A stretch of DNA of 64,000 nt, taken from contig OX597817.1 of assembly GCA_951406725.2 (NCBI GenBank), forward strand, positions 41,106,001-41,170,000. Reading direction: 5' to 3'. Position 1 is the stretch's first letter. Each line of letters starts with the position of its first letter. Made by a program: the position numbers and the translations under genes. The notes beneath the pieces are model-generated. The model ran no database searches, had not been told where the DNA came from, and saw only the letters and a list, made by a program, of their open reading frames with translations. This document shows, in pieces, positions 41,201 through 55,000 of this stretch. Source of the stretch: Octopus vulgaris. Taxonomy: Eukaryota.

Positions 41201-44200
41201 TAAATTGTAAATATTTTTTATAGTATCACTAGTCATATTTTCAACATTTAAGTATATAAAGTAAACACAAAGCTTAGAATTATAAAAGAGATTATTGGGG
41301 GGAAAAAAGCAACAAACAAAAAATGAAAAAACACCATCACTATATATATATATATATTTCATAGTACTTAATGGTTTAAGATGTTGTGAGAAGTGAGCGC
41401 ATGATAATATTTGTAATGAACTTGTAAATAGAAAATGCTTGGAAGTTTACTTACAGAGTGAATATAGATGAATAAAAAGTGTGTTAACCTTTAGTTACTG
41501 CAAGCTATTTCACACACAATATTTAAAATATTTACATAGAAGTTAATGGTTACAAATATAGTTACGCATACATTACAAAACCATCATAAATTGCAATTTG
41601 AAACTGATATAAGGAGAAATATTCTGTGGGTTTATCACCAAAGGCACATGGCCTAGTAGTTAGGGCATTGCACTTGTGATCAGAAGATCATGGTTTTGAT
41701 TTCAGGACTTAGTGACAGTGTTGCATCACTGGTACCACAATAATGTTTTCTTTCAGAGATGGAGTACACATGGAGGTCTAAATAATGGTTATTTACTAAT
41801 TTAAATTGCACTACACACACATGTAATCCATGTACATGTTTGTCTACTCATGTGAATATTGCCAACCTGTGGTTTCACTTGTTTCTGCCTGAATGAAACA
41901 GTGATATGATGTTTAAATTCCTTTCCGACATTACAACTGGTCACTCTGTACTTTGAAAGAGCAGAGGAATAGAAAATTCCCTTACTCGAAAAGCAGTTAA
42001 AGGTTGTGTGCTTGAGCAAAACACTTCATTTCATATTGCTCCTGTCCACTTAGCTGTATATAAGTAACTCTATGACAGACTAGCATCCTGTTCAGAGGGA
42101 TTGTTGTGATCTTGGTCACTCATACACTGTGGAAATTGGGTAACTGACCCAATGAGGCCTAGGAGTTCAGACAGTAACATCCAACATCCAAGGGTTGATG
42201 ATGATGTTTGTTAAACTGTTAGAAATAGCAGCCCAATCGGTATCAAATCACACTTTATCATCATCATCATCATCATCGTTTAACGTCCGCTTTCCATGCT
42301 AGCATGGGTTGGACGATTTGACTGAAGACTGGCGAATCAGATGGCTGAACCAGGTACCAATCTTGATCTGGCAGAGTTTCTACAGCTGGATGCCCTTCCT
42401 AACGCCAACCACTAACCATAAAATACCCACAGAAATATCAAAGCTAGAATATTTTTGATCATAGACTTGTTTGATCCTGACTGACCTGCGCTCAAGAACA
42501 ATAAAGGAAAAAGGTCAATAAAGGATGTTAAAAATGTGGATGAAATTATTTACCTGTCAGCTGGTGCCCCTGGTATGCCACTTCCAGCAGCAGGGACCAG
42601 CACAGCGTTTCTTTCTTCAGTAAGTCCAATCCATTGTTCAACTAGAGATGTCTCTCGGTCGACTTCAGCTTCATTCTTATCTGAAATTTGATAAAAAAAA
42701 AAAGGAACATTAACCTTCAAGTTCTCATACATCCATATAACTTGAGATTCTGAGAATCCCCTCTTCCAACAAGAAAAAAAAAAAGAAAATTACTTTTGTT
42801 TTTCTAATTATTTAGTTGAAGGCAATAGACTGATGTCACACAGTCTTTGCAGCCCTTTCCTCATTAGTAAGTTTGATGCTTTTGATGTTCAGTTGGAATT
42901 TCTGTAGGGATAATGCACCAACATCATTTAATGTCCTTTTTTCCATGCTGGCATGGGTTGAACAATTCATCAGAAACCAACAAACCAGAGGGCTGCATTG
43001 TGTTTGACTGTCTGCTTTGGCATAGATTTTAGTTGGATGCTCTTCATAATGCCAACCACTTTATGGAATGTACTGGATGTTTTTTTTTTGTGGTAATAGG
43101 GAAAATGTGAGCCCCTAAGGAGAGTTCTTGAAGTTGAGAATCAGGTAACATAAAATTGGTGGTTGAGGGGAAACACTGGTGAAATAAGGATGAAAGACAA
43201 GTCTATTGATGAGGAACAAGCATGCTATTTCAGAAGACCAGAACTTTTGCAATAGCAGTAGAGATACCAACAGCAGTATTGCAAGACACAATATTTTAGA
43301 TTTTTTAAAACATTTCCCCAAATGTAAACAATACACTGTACAGGAAGTAAGTGGAATTGAACTCAAGTTGTCAAATTTGGTTAAGTTTGTATAGAAAATA
43401 TTCTCAGAGCCACCATAAACATTTTCAAAAATAACATTTTCTCTCCAATGAGAGCCTTTTAGAAATGATTTTAGAAATTTTAGAAATGATTTTTTTCCTG
43501 AGTCAGATCACCACCAGTTTCTGCAGAGTTTAGCTTTTATTTAAATTTTTGAATTTTAATGTGCTATTTTCGTAATGTCTGAAACATGGTATGTCATTAA
43601 ATTTTCCCACATAGTTATTACATTAAATATAACTATGTAGTTAAGAAATTAAATATGCGCTTAATAGATACATATAATGATTCTACAAGAAATTTATTAT
43701 ATTGTTATTTCTGTTAGAAAAGGTTAAAGAATACAACCAATCATTTTACAGTAAAGTATTAATGCAAATTTTTAATGTAGGCACAAGGCCTGAAATTTGG
43801 GGCAGGAGAATTGTCAATAATATAGACCACTGTACTTGAATAATTAATTTTACTGATCCCCAGGATAGATAAAAGGCAAAGTAGATCTCAGTGGGGTTTG
43901 AACTTGGAACATAAATTGGGTTGTAACTAAATAATGAAAAGCATATTGTTCAGTACTTTTACTGTCAGAAAAAAATGTCAGGTGGTGGAAACACCATACG
44001 TACAGAGCTATTCAGCAGGATTATACTACTTTAGGACACTAAGACATCACACTTGCACACACACACATACATGCACGCACACACAGCTATCCAACAGCGA
44101 TCAATGTGGAAACAAACTTAATCATTAGAGAAGAAATATTCTTCCATGTTAGTGACTTATAAAAAGAACTTAAGAGAACATAAAAGGCCATTTAATGACA

Positions 44201-47200
44201 GCTTCTTCAGATTTAGGGTTATTTATTGCTACAACCTAATGGTACTGCTTCTTGCGGACATATTGTTTTCCATGTAGGAATATTCTTGTATGTGTATGTA
44301 TGGTGTCTGAGTATATGTGTGTGTTTGCATATAGGACTCTGTGTGTATATGTGTGTAAAATGTAAAATAATTCCTTGCATTGATTTGATCTTATCACTTT
44401 GACATTATTAAACAGCAATTCTTTATCAATATACATCTAGCTCAGCACCAACCAGCCAAATCTGAGATGAAGCAGGAGATTTCAGAGCATTTATTCTGGA
44501 TATAGCACAGCAATAATGGACCACAAACTTCACAATTCTCCAGCTGTAAGGCTAAAACTTTAACTTCATACAACTATCATGGTACATTATGCAACTATTT
44601 TATTCATGGAGTCAAAAGGACATTAAAGCAATGTTATGAAGTTTACATAAAATAATTGTTCTGTAACAAAGACACTAGACAATTGAACCAGAAGGTTATG
44701 AGTTGTAATTCCACTACCAGCAACATATTGTATGCCTCTGGGGAAAAAAGGTACATTATCTTGGAAAGCTTAACAGAGAAGAACAAAACAAAGAGCTACC
44801 ACTTATATCAAAGTGTGTACATAAAACAAATATAATTAAGTTGAAACATTTCTTTAATGAAATATAGATGACCTGTGGTGGAATTTTACACCATATGACT
44901 ATAGACTATTAAAGTTATTAGATAATAATAAGTGTTAGAAAATTAGTCGGTGGTTGAAGTGTTAGGCTGTTTCAGTTTTGTTGACACTCACTTGTAGTAG
45001 AAATGCACAGGTTGTATCCAATTGATTAGAAAAAAAAAGTGGTTGCAAATTTGAGTGCTCGCTTATACATTATTTGATTATCAGAAAGGTATTTTTTAGT
45101 CAATAGCAATAACGCTAACAGTACAATTCTTACAAAAGAAAAACAAGGGAAAAACAAAAGATAATGGTGAATATTGATTATGCGTACACTATTATCTAGT
45201 TTACCACACACACATACACAAGTACTGGTCTTTATTTTTCTCAAAGACTTATAAACAATCAGGAGATAGTTGAGAAATACAATGTTGTTTGTTTTCACTA
45301 ACTGAACTAACACTATGGTGGTTCTGAGTAACAGTGGGAGATGGGACATACAGAGAAGATAAATCCGTTTATTAAACAATATAGTCTACATTCATAAAAC
45401 AATGAAGGTACCTCTGTCTCCTCCTCCTCTCACTACTACTATTAGGACAATAACCACTACTGCCTCCAGTTCTTCCAACTAATGAATTGTCCAAGTCCAT
45501 ACAATACATATTTCATCCTTAAATCATCCCTACTGTGTCTTGTTTACAATAACCTGTATTTCAGTTATTTCACCTCTGAAATACACCCCTTATTTTTTTG
45601 TATATTCTAAATCACATTTTGTCAGTATTGACATTGTAAGTTACAACTTTCTAGTGGGCTAATCATGGGCACCAGACAAAGTATTAAGGTTGATAAAACC
45701 GTATGAAACCCTTATGTGTGGTGTCCTGGCATCTCGTTCCAATAACTGAAACTAGTAAAAGATTAAAACTATGGAAATTTTTATGGTCAAAGGACAAAAA
45801 GATGAGAGTCATTCTCCCCCCCCCCCCTCTCCTCATTATCTTATTTTAATGTCTATCTTCCATGTTGTTGTGGGTTTGACAAATGAAAGAGAAGTAATTA
45901 GGGCCTTGTATTTTCATGTGATTTTGTTCCAGATATAATTTGGTAATCTGCCAATTGCTTTAGAACTGAAAAAGGATAAAATAAAAGACTATGCCAGCAG
46001 AGAAAAAAATTATTCTGATAGAAGCCAATGAGGGAGACATTACTTAGTCATGAGATCTGCTAGAAACAACAGCCAAATCTTCCTCAAATCACACTACCCA
46101 AATAAGGAATGGTTGTGTTAATGATATTTTGTATTATCTAAAAAAAATATATTTCTAAAAAGGCAAGATAGTCATGGTTGGTGCACTGTTGATCATAGTC
46201 CACTCAGTCAGGGTTGACCTGGGCCTAAAACAAATCGTGTCACTTGCAAGAAAGTATGACTTGCCAACAGGCTTTCACTAACAGTTTTAGGTACCTGTAG
46301 AGTTGCAAGCCGGCATAGACATCATCTTAGTCCTCTCATCCTTGGCATCAAAGATGTGACAGCATGAGGCTTGTGGGTGGGGGTTATAGCAGCACTCGGC
46401 TGGTACTAGTTTCAGCTTAATAAATCAGGACAATGAAAAATTAGGTACCTTGCTCAAAGACACGACAAAAAAAAAAGAACCTATGCTCAAAACCGAACCT
46501 ATGACATCCTGATCGCAAGCCTAACACCCTAACCATTAGGCCCTGCATTTTCCCCATACAGCTGTGGGGAAGAGTAGAGTTAAACAGCAGCAACATTTCT
46601 AAACTTCCATTTTGTATTTGGTCTGCAAGATTCTTGATGTGAAACCATGTGTTGAAATAAATTTTGCTGCGTCTTGGTAGAGTCATTATACCAATAATAA
46701 CAACTCTCTCATGCACCAAATGGCAGTTGCTAAAAAGCATTCGTGAAGTAAAACCATGTAGCAACACCAAATGGCGGTGCCCCAGCATGGCCACAGCTCG
46801 TGAGCTGAAACTAGAATCAATCAAACATGCACACAGGTTCAATCCTGCTTCTTTATTGTTAGTCAATTGGTTAAATACCTAACCAACTAACTAATCAATC
46901 ATTTTTTTTTAATGAGTTGGTTAAACAAGCATTCAGTTGTCTGTTTGTCAAAGTTCCTTTGTTGCCATTCATCTAAGAATTGGTACTAATTTTCAGTAAG
47001 TTAATAAAGCTGATACTTCCAGAAATTAACAGAAACACCAAATGACATTACACACTCAAGTCTTTCAATATGGTTTTAAACTGATGCACTAACTTCACTG
47101 ATAATTTTATAGGGAAGGATACAAAGATAGTATTATATTGATTATTTCTCATCAGTCATTGGCACAAATATTGATCAATGATACTGATATGAAGAAGACA

Positions 47201-50200
47201 TCTACATCTGTAATTAACATAATTAAAATGTATTGATAGGTTTATTTCTAACATTAATTAAACATTTAGACATTTGAAACATTGAGTGCCAGTCGTATTC
47301 ATATTGATAGCGGCAACATTTTAATTTGCATGATAAGTGAAAGTCGCAGTTTGGCAATTCTTTTGATATTATTTTAATACAGAGATTTTGTCTAAACAAT
47401 TAGCTACCTAATGAGTAACGAATCTAGTAAAATGGCTGAAGCCAATACTTATATCTGAAATGTGATGTATCAGATTAAATCCATACTATTAATCTATATC
47501 ATTGTCCAAAGCTAATATCTAGGAAGGAATGAATATTTAACTTCAAGATTTTTATCATCAAATTACTTTAATTGACATAAAGCAGGGAATCAACATTATG
47601 AGAGAGATTATCAAATATAGGACAACAATTAACCTTTTAATATTAACATTCATATTTAAATTAAAATCTCAATTAAAATCTCATTATAACATGAATAATA
47701 ATATGAGATTATTTCAGTTGCACAACAACGCAATATATTGTAGACATGGCTGTCTGGTTATGAGGTTCACTTTGCAACTTGGCAACCATGTGGTTTTGAG
47801 TTCAGTTCCACAGTGTGACACTGTGGGCTGGTGCCATCTGTCAATTCTTTGAGTGTGAAATTGGTAGATGGAGATTGCAAGGAAGCTTGTCCTCTGTATG
47901 TGTGTGTGTATGTTTATGTCCATTTATAATAAAAACAAGTTTCACATTAATCTGAAGGGTTACTCTATATTTTTGTAGAGCATAAATTTATTATTCTAAG
48001 ACAAGAATATTATTGATAGTGACTTTGAAGTTTTGGCCAGCTAAGCAATCATCGGACTGCATCCATTGAACATATTATATTTATATGCATACATACACAC
48101 CGTAAATACAGGTACATCAAATACCATATAACATAAATTCATGATTTATTAAAATTATCTCCACCTCTAGAGGATGTATCATAATCTTGAAATGGTCAGC
48201 TCATTTCTGTGTATGTGTGTGCATGTATGTGTGTTAGTGTAAATGTTAATTTGGCAGGTCACTGTTTGACTAAAAGATGATGTCTTCTTTCTCCAGTGAA
48301 AAGATGTTCTGTAGTGCAAAACATTTTACTAATGGGACAAAAATACCATACTTGGAAAAACAAAGGTTGGAAACAAGAAGGGCATCTGGTCCTGGAAAAT
48401 CTGTCTCAATAAATTTTTGTCTAATTATTACCAGTTTGCAAAAAATCGGACAAAAAAACAACAGTAGAGGTGATGATTATATTGAAGATTAATTGAAGCA
48501 ATTAAGCAACCAATTTGTTAAAAATATAATCACAAATGAGTTAAAAGTAAATTTGGACTAACATAATACAAACAGTTTTATAAAATTATTCCATCCACTT
48601 ACACTCACATTATACACCAGAACAAAGAAAACCATGATTTGACTTACTGCTTTTCTTAGAAGTCATAGATCAGAATTAATGATGCTTAAGTGTGAAGTCT
48701 CATTTCTATTTAATCTCAAAAATACTTAAGGATACTTTGTTGGTTTGTTCCAGTAATACAACCTCAAGACATTGGAAACCTTTCACAACGACACACACAG
48801 TGTTGAATTATTCATGAGAGAATGTTCGGTTTAATGCTTGGCTAAACTGAATCTTACACTTGATGTATGATTTAGTTAGGTGAAACTAAAGTGTATTAAA
48901 CACATAATTACACTTCATCATACAGATAAAATATCAAAGGGAAAAATCTCATTGAAATGAACACTAAGCAGAATTTATTTATAAAACTTGAGAAAGTATC
49001 TGGATTTCACATTAGATGCATGTATAAATGAAGACTGTTTTAAATATTGTATTTATTTATTTATTGTCTTTTTGTAAAGAGGTATGGCTATGTGGTAAGA
49101 AATTTGCATCCCAATCACATGTGTCTGGGTTCAGTCCCACTGTGTGGCACCTTGGGCAAGTAACTTTTGCTATAGCCTCAGGCTGATCAAAAACTTGTTA
49201 GTGGATTTGGTAGAAAGAAACTGAAAGAAGCCAGTCATGTATGTGCATATATAAGCATTACTATATATATTAATGTCTATTGTTATGTTCAGTTATAATA
49301 AAAACAATCTTACATTAATCTGATGGGTTACTCTATACTTCTGTAGAATACAAATTTATTATTATTAATCAAGAATGTTGTTGACAGTGACTTTGAAGTT
49401 TTGGCTAGCTAAGCCATTGTTGGACTGTTTAATAATAATAATAATAATAAATGCCCTGATGCAGTACCAGGCAGTGGCTCTCATGGCTTCTGATCTTAAC
49501 TGATTGGAAGTGTTATCATGTACATTCTTTTGTCTTGGTATAAAAGATGGGCTATAGCAAATATTCTGCTCAATACCACAGATTTGCTAGTCAGTTATTT
49601 AACCGTAACCAGTTGAGCATGTCTCTTAGTGGCTGATGATATGTGCATCTCTGATCACAGGCAGAAGTAGTGGGGGGAACATCGTAGCCATGTGTTGAGA
49701 GGGATTCTTTGGAGTTTGAATAATTCACCTCTGGAAACATGGGTGTTTTGTTCAACATCCTTAAACAATCCTTATTCAGGGACCTTTTGAGTGGGATGGG
49801 TTACTCGACCAGAAGAATATTCTAACTGGGCCCCACCTGCAAGGTCATGTGCTGTTTATCTTGATATGAGATCACCATGTTGCACACATATGGTTGTGAT
49901 GCATGTGCCTGGTGTACCGTTATCAGACAAGTAGTAATGATGGGTATACTGGGCTCCGTATATTTTACCCCAGTGTCACTTTGATGGCATGCACTGCTCT
50001 CTCACTTAGTAATAATAATAATAATGTGTGTATGTGTGTGTCTGTGTGTGCATGTCTTTGTGTCTGTATTTATCTTCCATCACCACATGACAACTAGTGT
50101 TGGTGTATTTGCATTCCTGCAACTTAGAGTTCTAGCAAAAGAGACTGAGTTCCAAGCTTAAAAGTATATAAAAAAAAGTACTGGGGTTGATTCATTTGAC

Positions 50201-51975
50201 TAAAATTCTTCAAGGTGGTGCCCCAGCATGGCCACAGTCTAATGACTAAAACAAGTAAAAAGTAAAAGATAAAGACAACAATATTGAAAGTGAACAATTC
50301 TAACTGCGATAAAAAAAAAAATAAAAAGATGGTTACCTTGTTTGTTAATAAGCTTCTGAAACTGTTCGGCAAGGTAAGCCTTGCGTCGCATTAGAGCATC
50401 AGACCAACGCTCTCCAAGTAAATTGAGGTCTTCTTCTTGGTAGCTGTCTAAGCCTTTTTGTAGCTTAGAGCGGACACAAATACATCCAATCGAAATAGAG
50501 ACAATAGATTCGCAGATCAGTGGTAAGGTTCCAGAATTGGCCACTGGTTTTACACGAACCATCACACGTCTGGAGTGACCCTGTACAAAGAGAATAACAG
50601 ATGATTTCCTTAAAAAATTAAATAAAACCAATTTCTTAAAAAAAGGAAATAAAATTATTTCTTCAATCTTTGACCATCATGTATGGATTCTTTAACTCTT
50701 TTGTTACCATATCTCTCTTGAAATACACTACTTTAGCTTCAAAAAATTTTGAAAATAATGAAGAATTAATTAAAAAATAATTTTGTCATTATTAAACTGG
50801 GTTTTGGAACATTAATTAATATGGTAATGTAAAAGAGTAAGAGATCCCTTTCTGTCATGAATGACCATAAGATTGCACCTAGAAAGTTATCCTCTGAGGC
50901 ACAACACTGGACAAGGTTGTTTATGGAAGACCGGCGGTCACCCATGCATACCAGCCTCCCCTCTCTGAGGAAAGGCAAAGGCTGATACAGCTTGGCACCA
51001 GTGACATCACAACTGATTTCTACAGCTGAGTGAACTGGACTAATGTGAAATAAAGTGTCTCACTCAAGAACATAACACACAGCCTGGTCCAGGAATTGAG
51101 CTCACTACCTCATGATTGTGAACCCGATGCTCTAACCACTGAGCCATGCACCTTCACTATGTGAAAGAAGGCTATAATTTAAATTATTTCAAAATAGTTT
51201 GCATCATTGAACCTTGAGTAGTCTCAGGTGGGTTGGTACCAAAAGGTTTAAATAATTTGTATTCTATAATCTCGCTATCAGAGTACAAAAAATGCTGGAT
51301 CATCATTACTATTCATCCTTTCAGTGCTGTTAAAATAAGTACCAGTGAAATATTGAGGTTGATGGCATTGATTTACCCCCTCCCCTCAAAATTACTGGCT
51401 CTATGCCTAAATCAGAAACCATTATCAATGGGTTTCAATGAATTTCCGACATTTCTTTATTAACATATAATTTCCTTACACACATAAATCCTTGATTATA
51501 TATTCATATTTTCTTCAGAAGTATTTTTGTTTCAAAATTTGCTTATTAGGTTGTGACATAATAAATCATTTTTCTTAAGTTTATAATTGTAATACTAAAA
51601 GCTGAAATAACAAGCTTTATATTAAACCAGAAAATAACTGTATGATGTTTTCATTAGCCATCTAAACACTAATAAAAGAAGTAATATTGTCCAAACTCCT
51701 CTATAATTGAAACGTGTATGAAACTTTCTCTGAGGAAGTTGTTTGTGAAATTATCAAGGAAATTGCAAAATTCACTTCCAATCCAATAATGATTTGCAAA
51801 ACATTTCATTGGCCCAGTGCCACAGAAATATTTTGCAGAAAGTTCCATGAAATTATATCTAGCAACTAGCTAGGAGAGTAAGTCATCCATAGAAGTAGCG
51901 ATGTAGAGTATATTGTGGCCTAAATTCACTCTCCTAGCCAAAGTGTCTACAAAATAACTAGTTTGAAGTCAAAGT

Positions 51976-52014
<39 letters not shown>

Positions 52015-55000
52015 AACATTCAAATTTTTGCTGTAAATTAAATTGTAAATATTTTTGAATTCAATGAAAACAAAAGAAATGAAACAGCCATATTGAAAAG
52101 AAGAATAATCGAAATTTAGGAAAAAAGAAACAAAACAAAAGAATAGTTGGATATCTAAAATATAGGATAAAATTACAGCTAATTACTAATCAATATTTAA
52201 TACTTTCAAAACAACACTGAAATTAGATAGGTAATTGAAATAAGCTGAATACAATATTTTTTTGAAAAAATGTTTAAGTTTAAACATAGCTGACAGCATT
52301 TCTCTGATAAATAAGTATCCAGCAATACTGTCCAACATTCTGGAACATAGATTAGAATTTAATTTTTTTGAAGGATCTAAAATAAAACAAGAAGTAGATA
52401 TACTCTCTGTCCCTTGTTCTCTATTTCACTATTTTTTGGAAAAGTGAAATTTCTTTGTTGGTGCAAAATTGAATTTATTAAAGTATCTCATAAACATAGC
52501 CCATAAACAGAATAATTGTATTGAAATTGCTTACGGACACAACAACTAGAATATATATTGAAATCAAATTAGCCAGGCTACTGAACAGGAACTATAAGAA
52601 TTCAATCAAATAATTCTCAATTGATACCATATTCAGTGAATCCTAGAAATAGAATTTCAGCTATAAACAGTATTTTTAGTAAGTTCTAATTTATATAGTA
52701 AGGTACAATACTTCCGTTTCAAATAAATCAGTACTGTACGTATTTTATAAACCAGTGTAGGTATAAAGAAGAATACAAAAGAGTAAAGGTTAGTATATAA
52801 TGTAGTGAAGTTAAAAATTTACTCATAGTGCTAATAATGTCTAAAATACTGCTGCAACACATAAAATAGAATAATAAAAAAAAAATATCTGAAAATATTT
52901 TGTATCAGACATTAACAAACTGATTATGGATATCAAACTGAGAAATTCTTTCACAATTTAAACAAAATACTGACTGCTATAAACAGTTTGAGAAAAGCAA
53001 TGTTTATCAAATGGTTAAAAATAATTTTGCTATCAAGTATCTCTTTTATTTGTTTTAGTCATTTGACTGCGGCCATGCTGGAGCACCACCTTTTAGTCGA
53101 GCAAATCGACCCAGGACTTATTCTTTGTAAGTCTAGTACTTATTCTATCAGTCACTTTTGCTGAACCGCTAAGTTATGGGGACATAAACACACCAGCATT
53201 GGTTGTTAAGCGATGGTGGGGGAACAAACACAGACACACAAACATATACATATATATATATATATACATATACATGATGGGCTTCTTTCAGTTTCTGTCT
53301 ACCAAATCCACTCACAAGGCTTAGGTCGGCACGAGGCTATAGTAGAAGACACTTTGCCCAAGGTGCCACGCGGTGGGACTGAACCCGGGACCATGTGGTT
53401 GGTAAGCAAGCTACTTACCACACAGCCACTCCTACGCCTGTGTTCAACTTCCATTATAATATTCTTAGTAAAAAGTAATATTACAAAAATTTATATGAAA
53501 AACTGCTTTAACTTGTTTGATACCAATTGCCTAAGACCACCTTTGGTTCTATGACACCAACTTTATGTTTTATGGCAATTTACATTAAAACCACCCATCA
53601 AAACTTCTTGTTTATTAATGTTCCAAACACCAGATTAAAGATAAACTTATTTTACCAAATTCTTCCTTATTTTCAAAATGAATTGAAACAAAGACAGTGT
53701 ATTTTAACAGAGATATTGGTTTCAAATTTTAGCACAAGGCCAGCAATTTCAGGGGTGAGGGAGGAAGTAAGTTGATGACATCAACCCCAGTGCTCTACTT
53801 TATTGCACCCAGTACTTATTTTATTGCACCTGAAAGGGATTAAAGGCAAAGTCGATCTCAGTGGAATTTGAACTCAGTAATGGCGGATGAAATACTGCTA
53901 AGCATTTTGCTTGGCATCCTAACAACTCTGCCAGCTCACCACCTTAAAGTGTGTTTTAACATAAATATAATAAGAAAATGGTTAAAGAAGTGTTCAATGT
54001 AATAAGATTTATGTGGCCGTGGTTCTAGTAGATCAGTTCTTTTTATTTTCTTTATTCAGTATGGTAAGTAGCTTGCTTACCAACCACATGGTTCCGGGTT
54101 CAGTCCCACTGCGTGGCACCTTGGGCAAGTGTCTTCTACTATAGACTCGGGCCGACCAAAGCCTTGTGAGTAGATTTGGTAGACAGGAACTGAAAGAAGC
54201 CCGTCGTATATATATATATATATGTACGTGTATATGTTTGTATGTCTGTGTTTGTCCCCCCAACATCGCTTGACAACCGATGCTGGTGTTTTTACGTCCC
54301 TGTAACTTAGCAGTTCGGCAAACGAGACCGATAGAATAAGTACTAGGCTTACAAAGAATAAGTCCTGGGGTTGATTTGCTTGACTAAAGGCGGTGCTCCA
54401 GCATGGCCACAGTCAAATGACTGAAACAAGTAAAAGAGTAAAAGAGTATACTTTCCATAATCCTATTTATACATTGTTCGCTTTCCAGACATTTTTTTAC
54501 ATTGTTCGCTTTCCAGACATTTTTACATTACTGTATGTACTTTATATGCACTTTCTGACAAGTTGTGGTGCACCTGAGCACTGTATACAATAAATTCATT
54601 ATTATTATTATTATATGATACACAAAAAAAAAGGTACTTATTGGTAAGTTACTTTACATAAATATTCTTATTCTGCAAGATAATTTATGCCTATTTGGCA
54701 TGGATCTTAAATTTGGTATAAAATTAAAATAAAATAAATAAAAATATTAATAATCCTTCAGACCGACCAATTCTAAGCATGATTATAAATCCAGTTATTA
54801 CTGAGACTGGTTACATGATTTTTCAGCTTCGTGACTTAAATTTTATTTAGCAACCACTCAGAAAAATGAAAATGAAGGTTTCGTTTAAAAGTCCACTTAT
54901 TTCTACATTATTCCACCAAACGTTATTAATTTCAATCATTAAATATTTGCTGTGAGAATATATTTCTTTCATTTTACACATACAAAACAATCTTTTGTTA

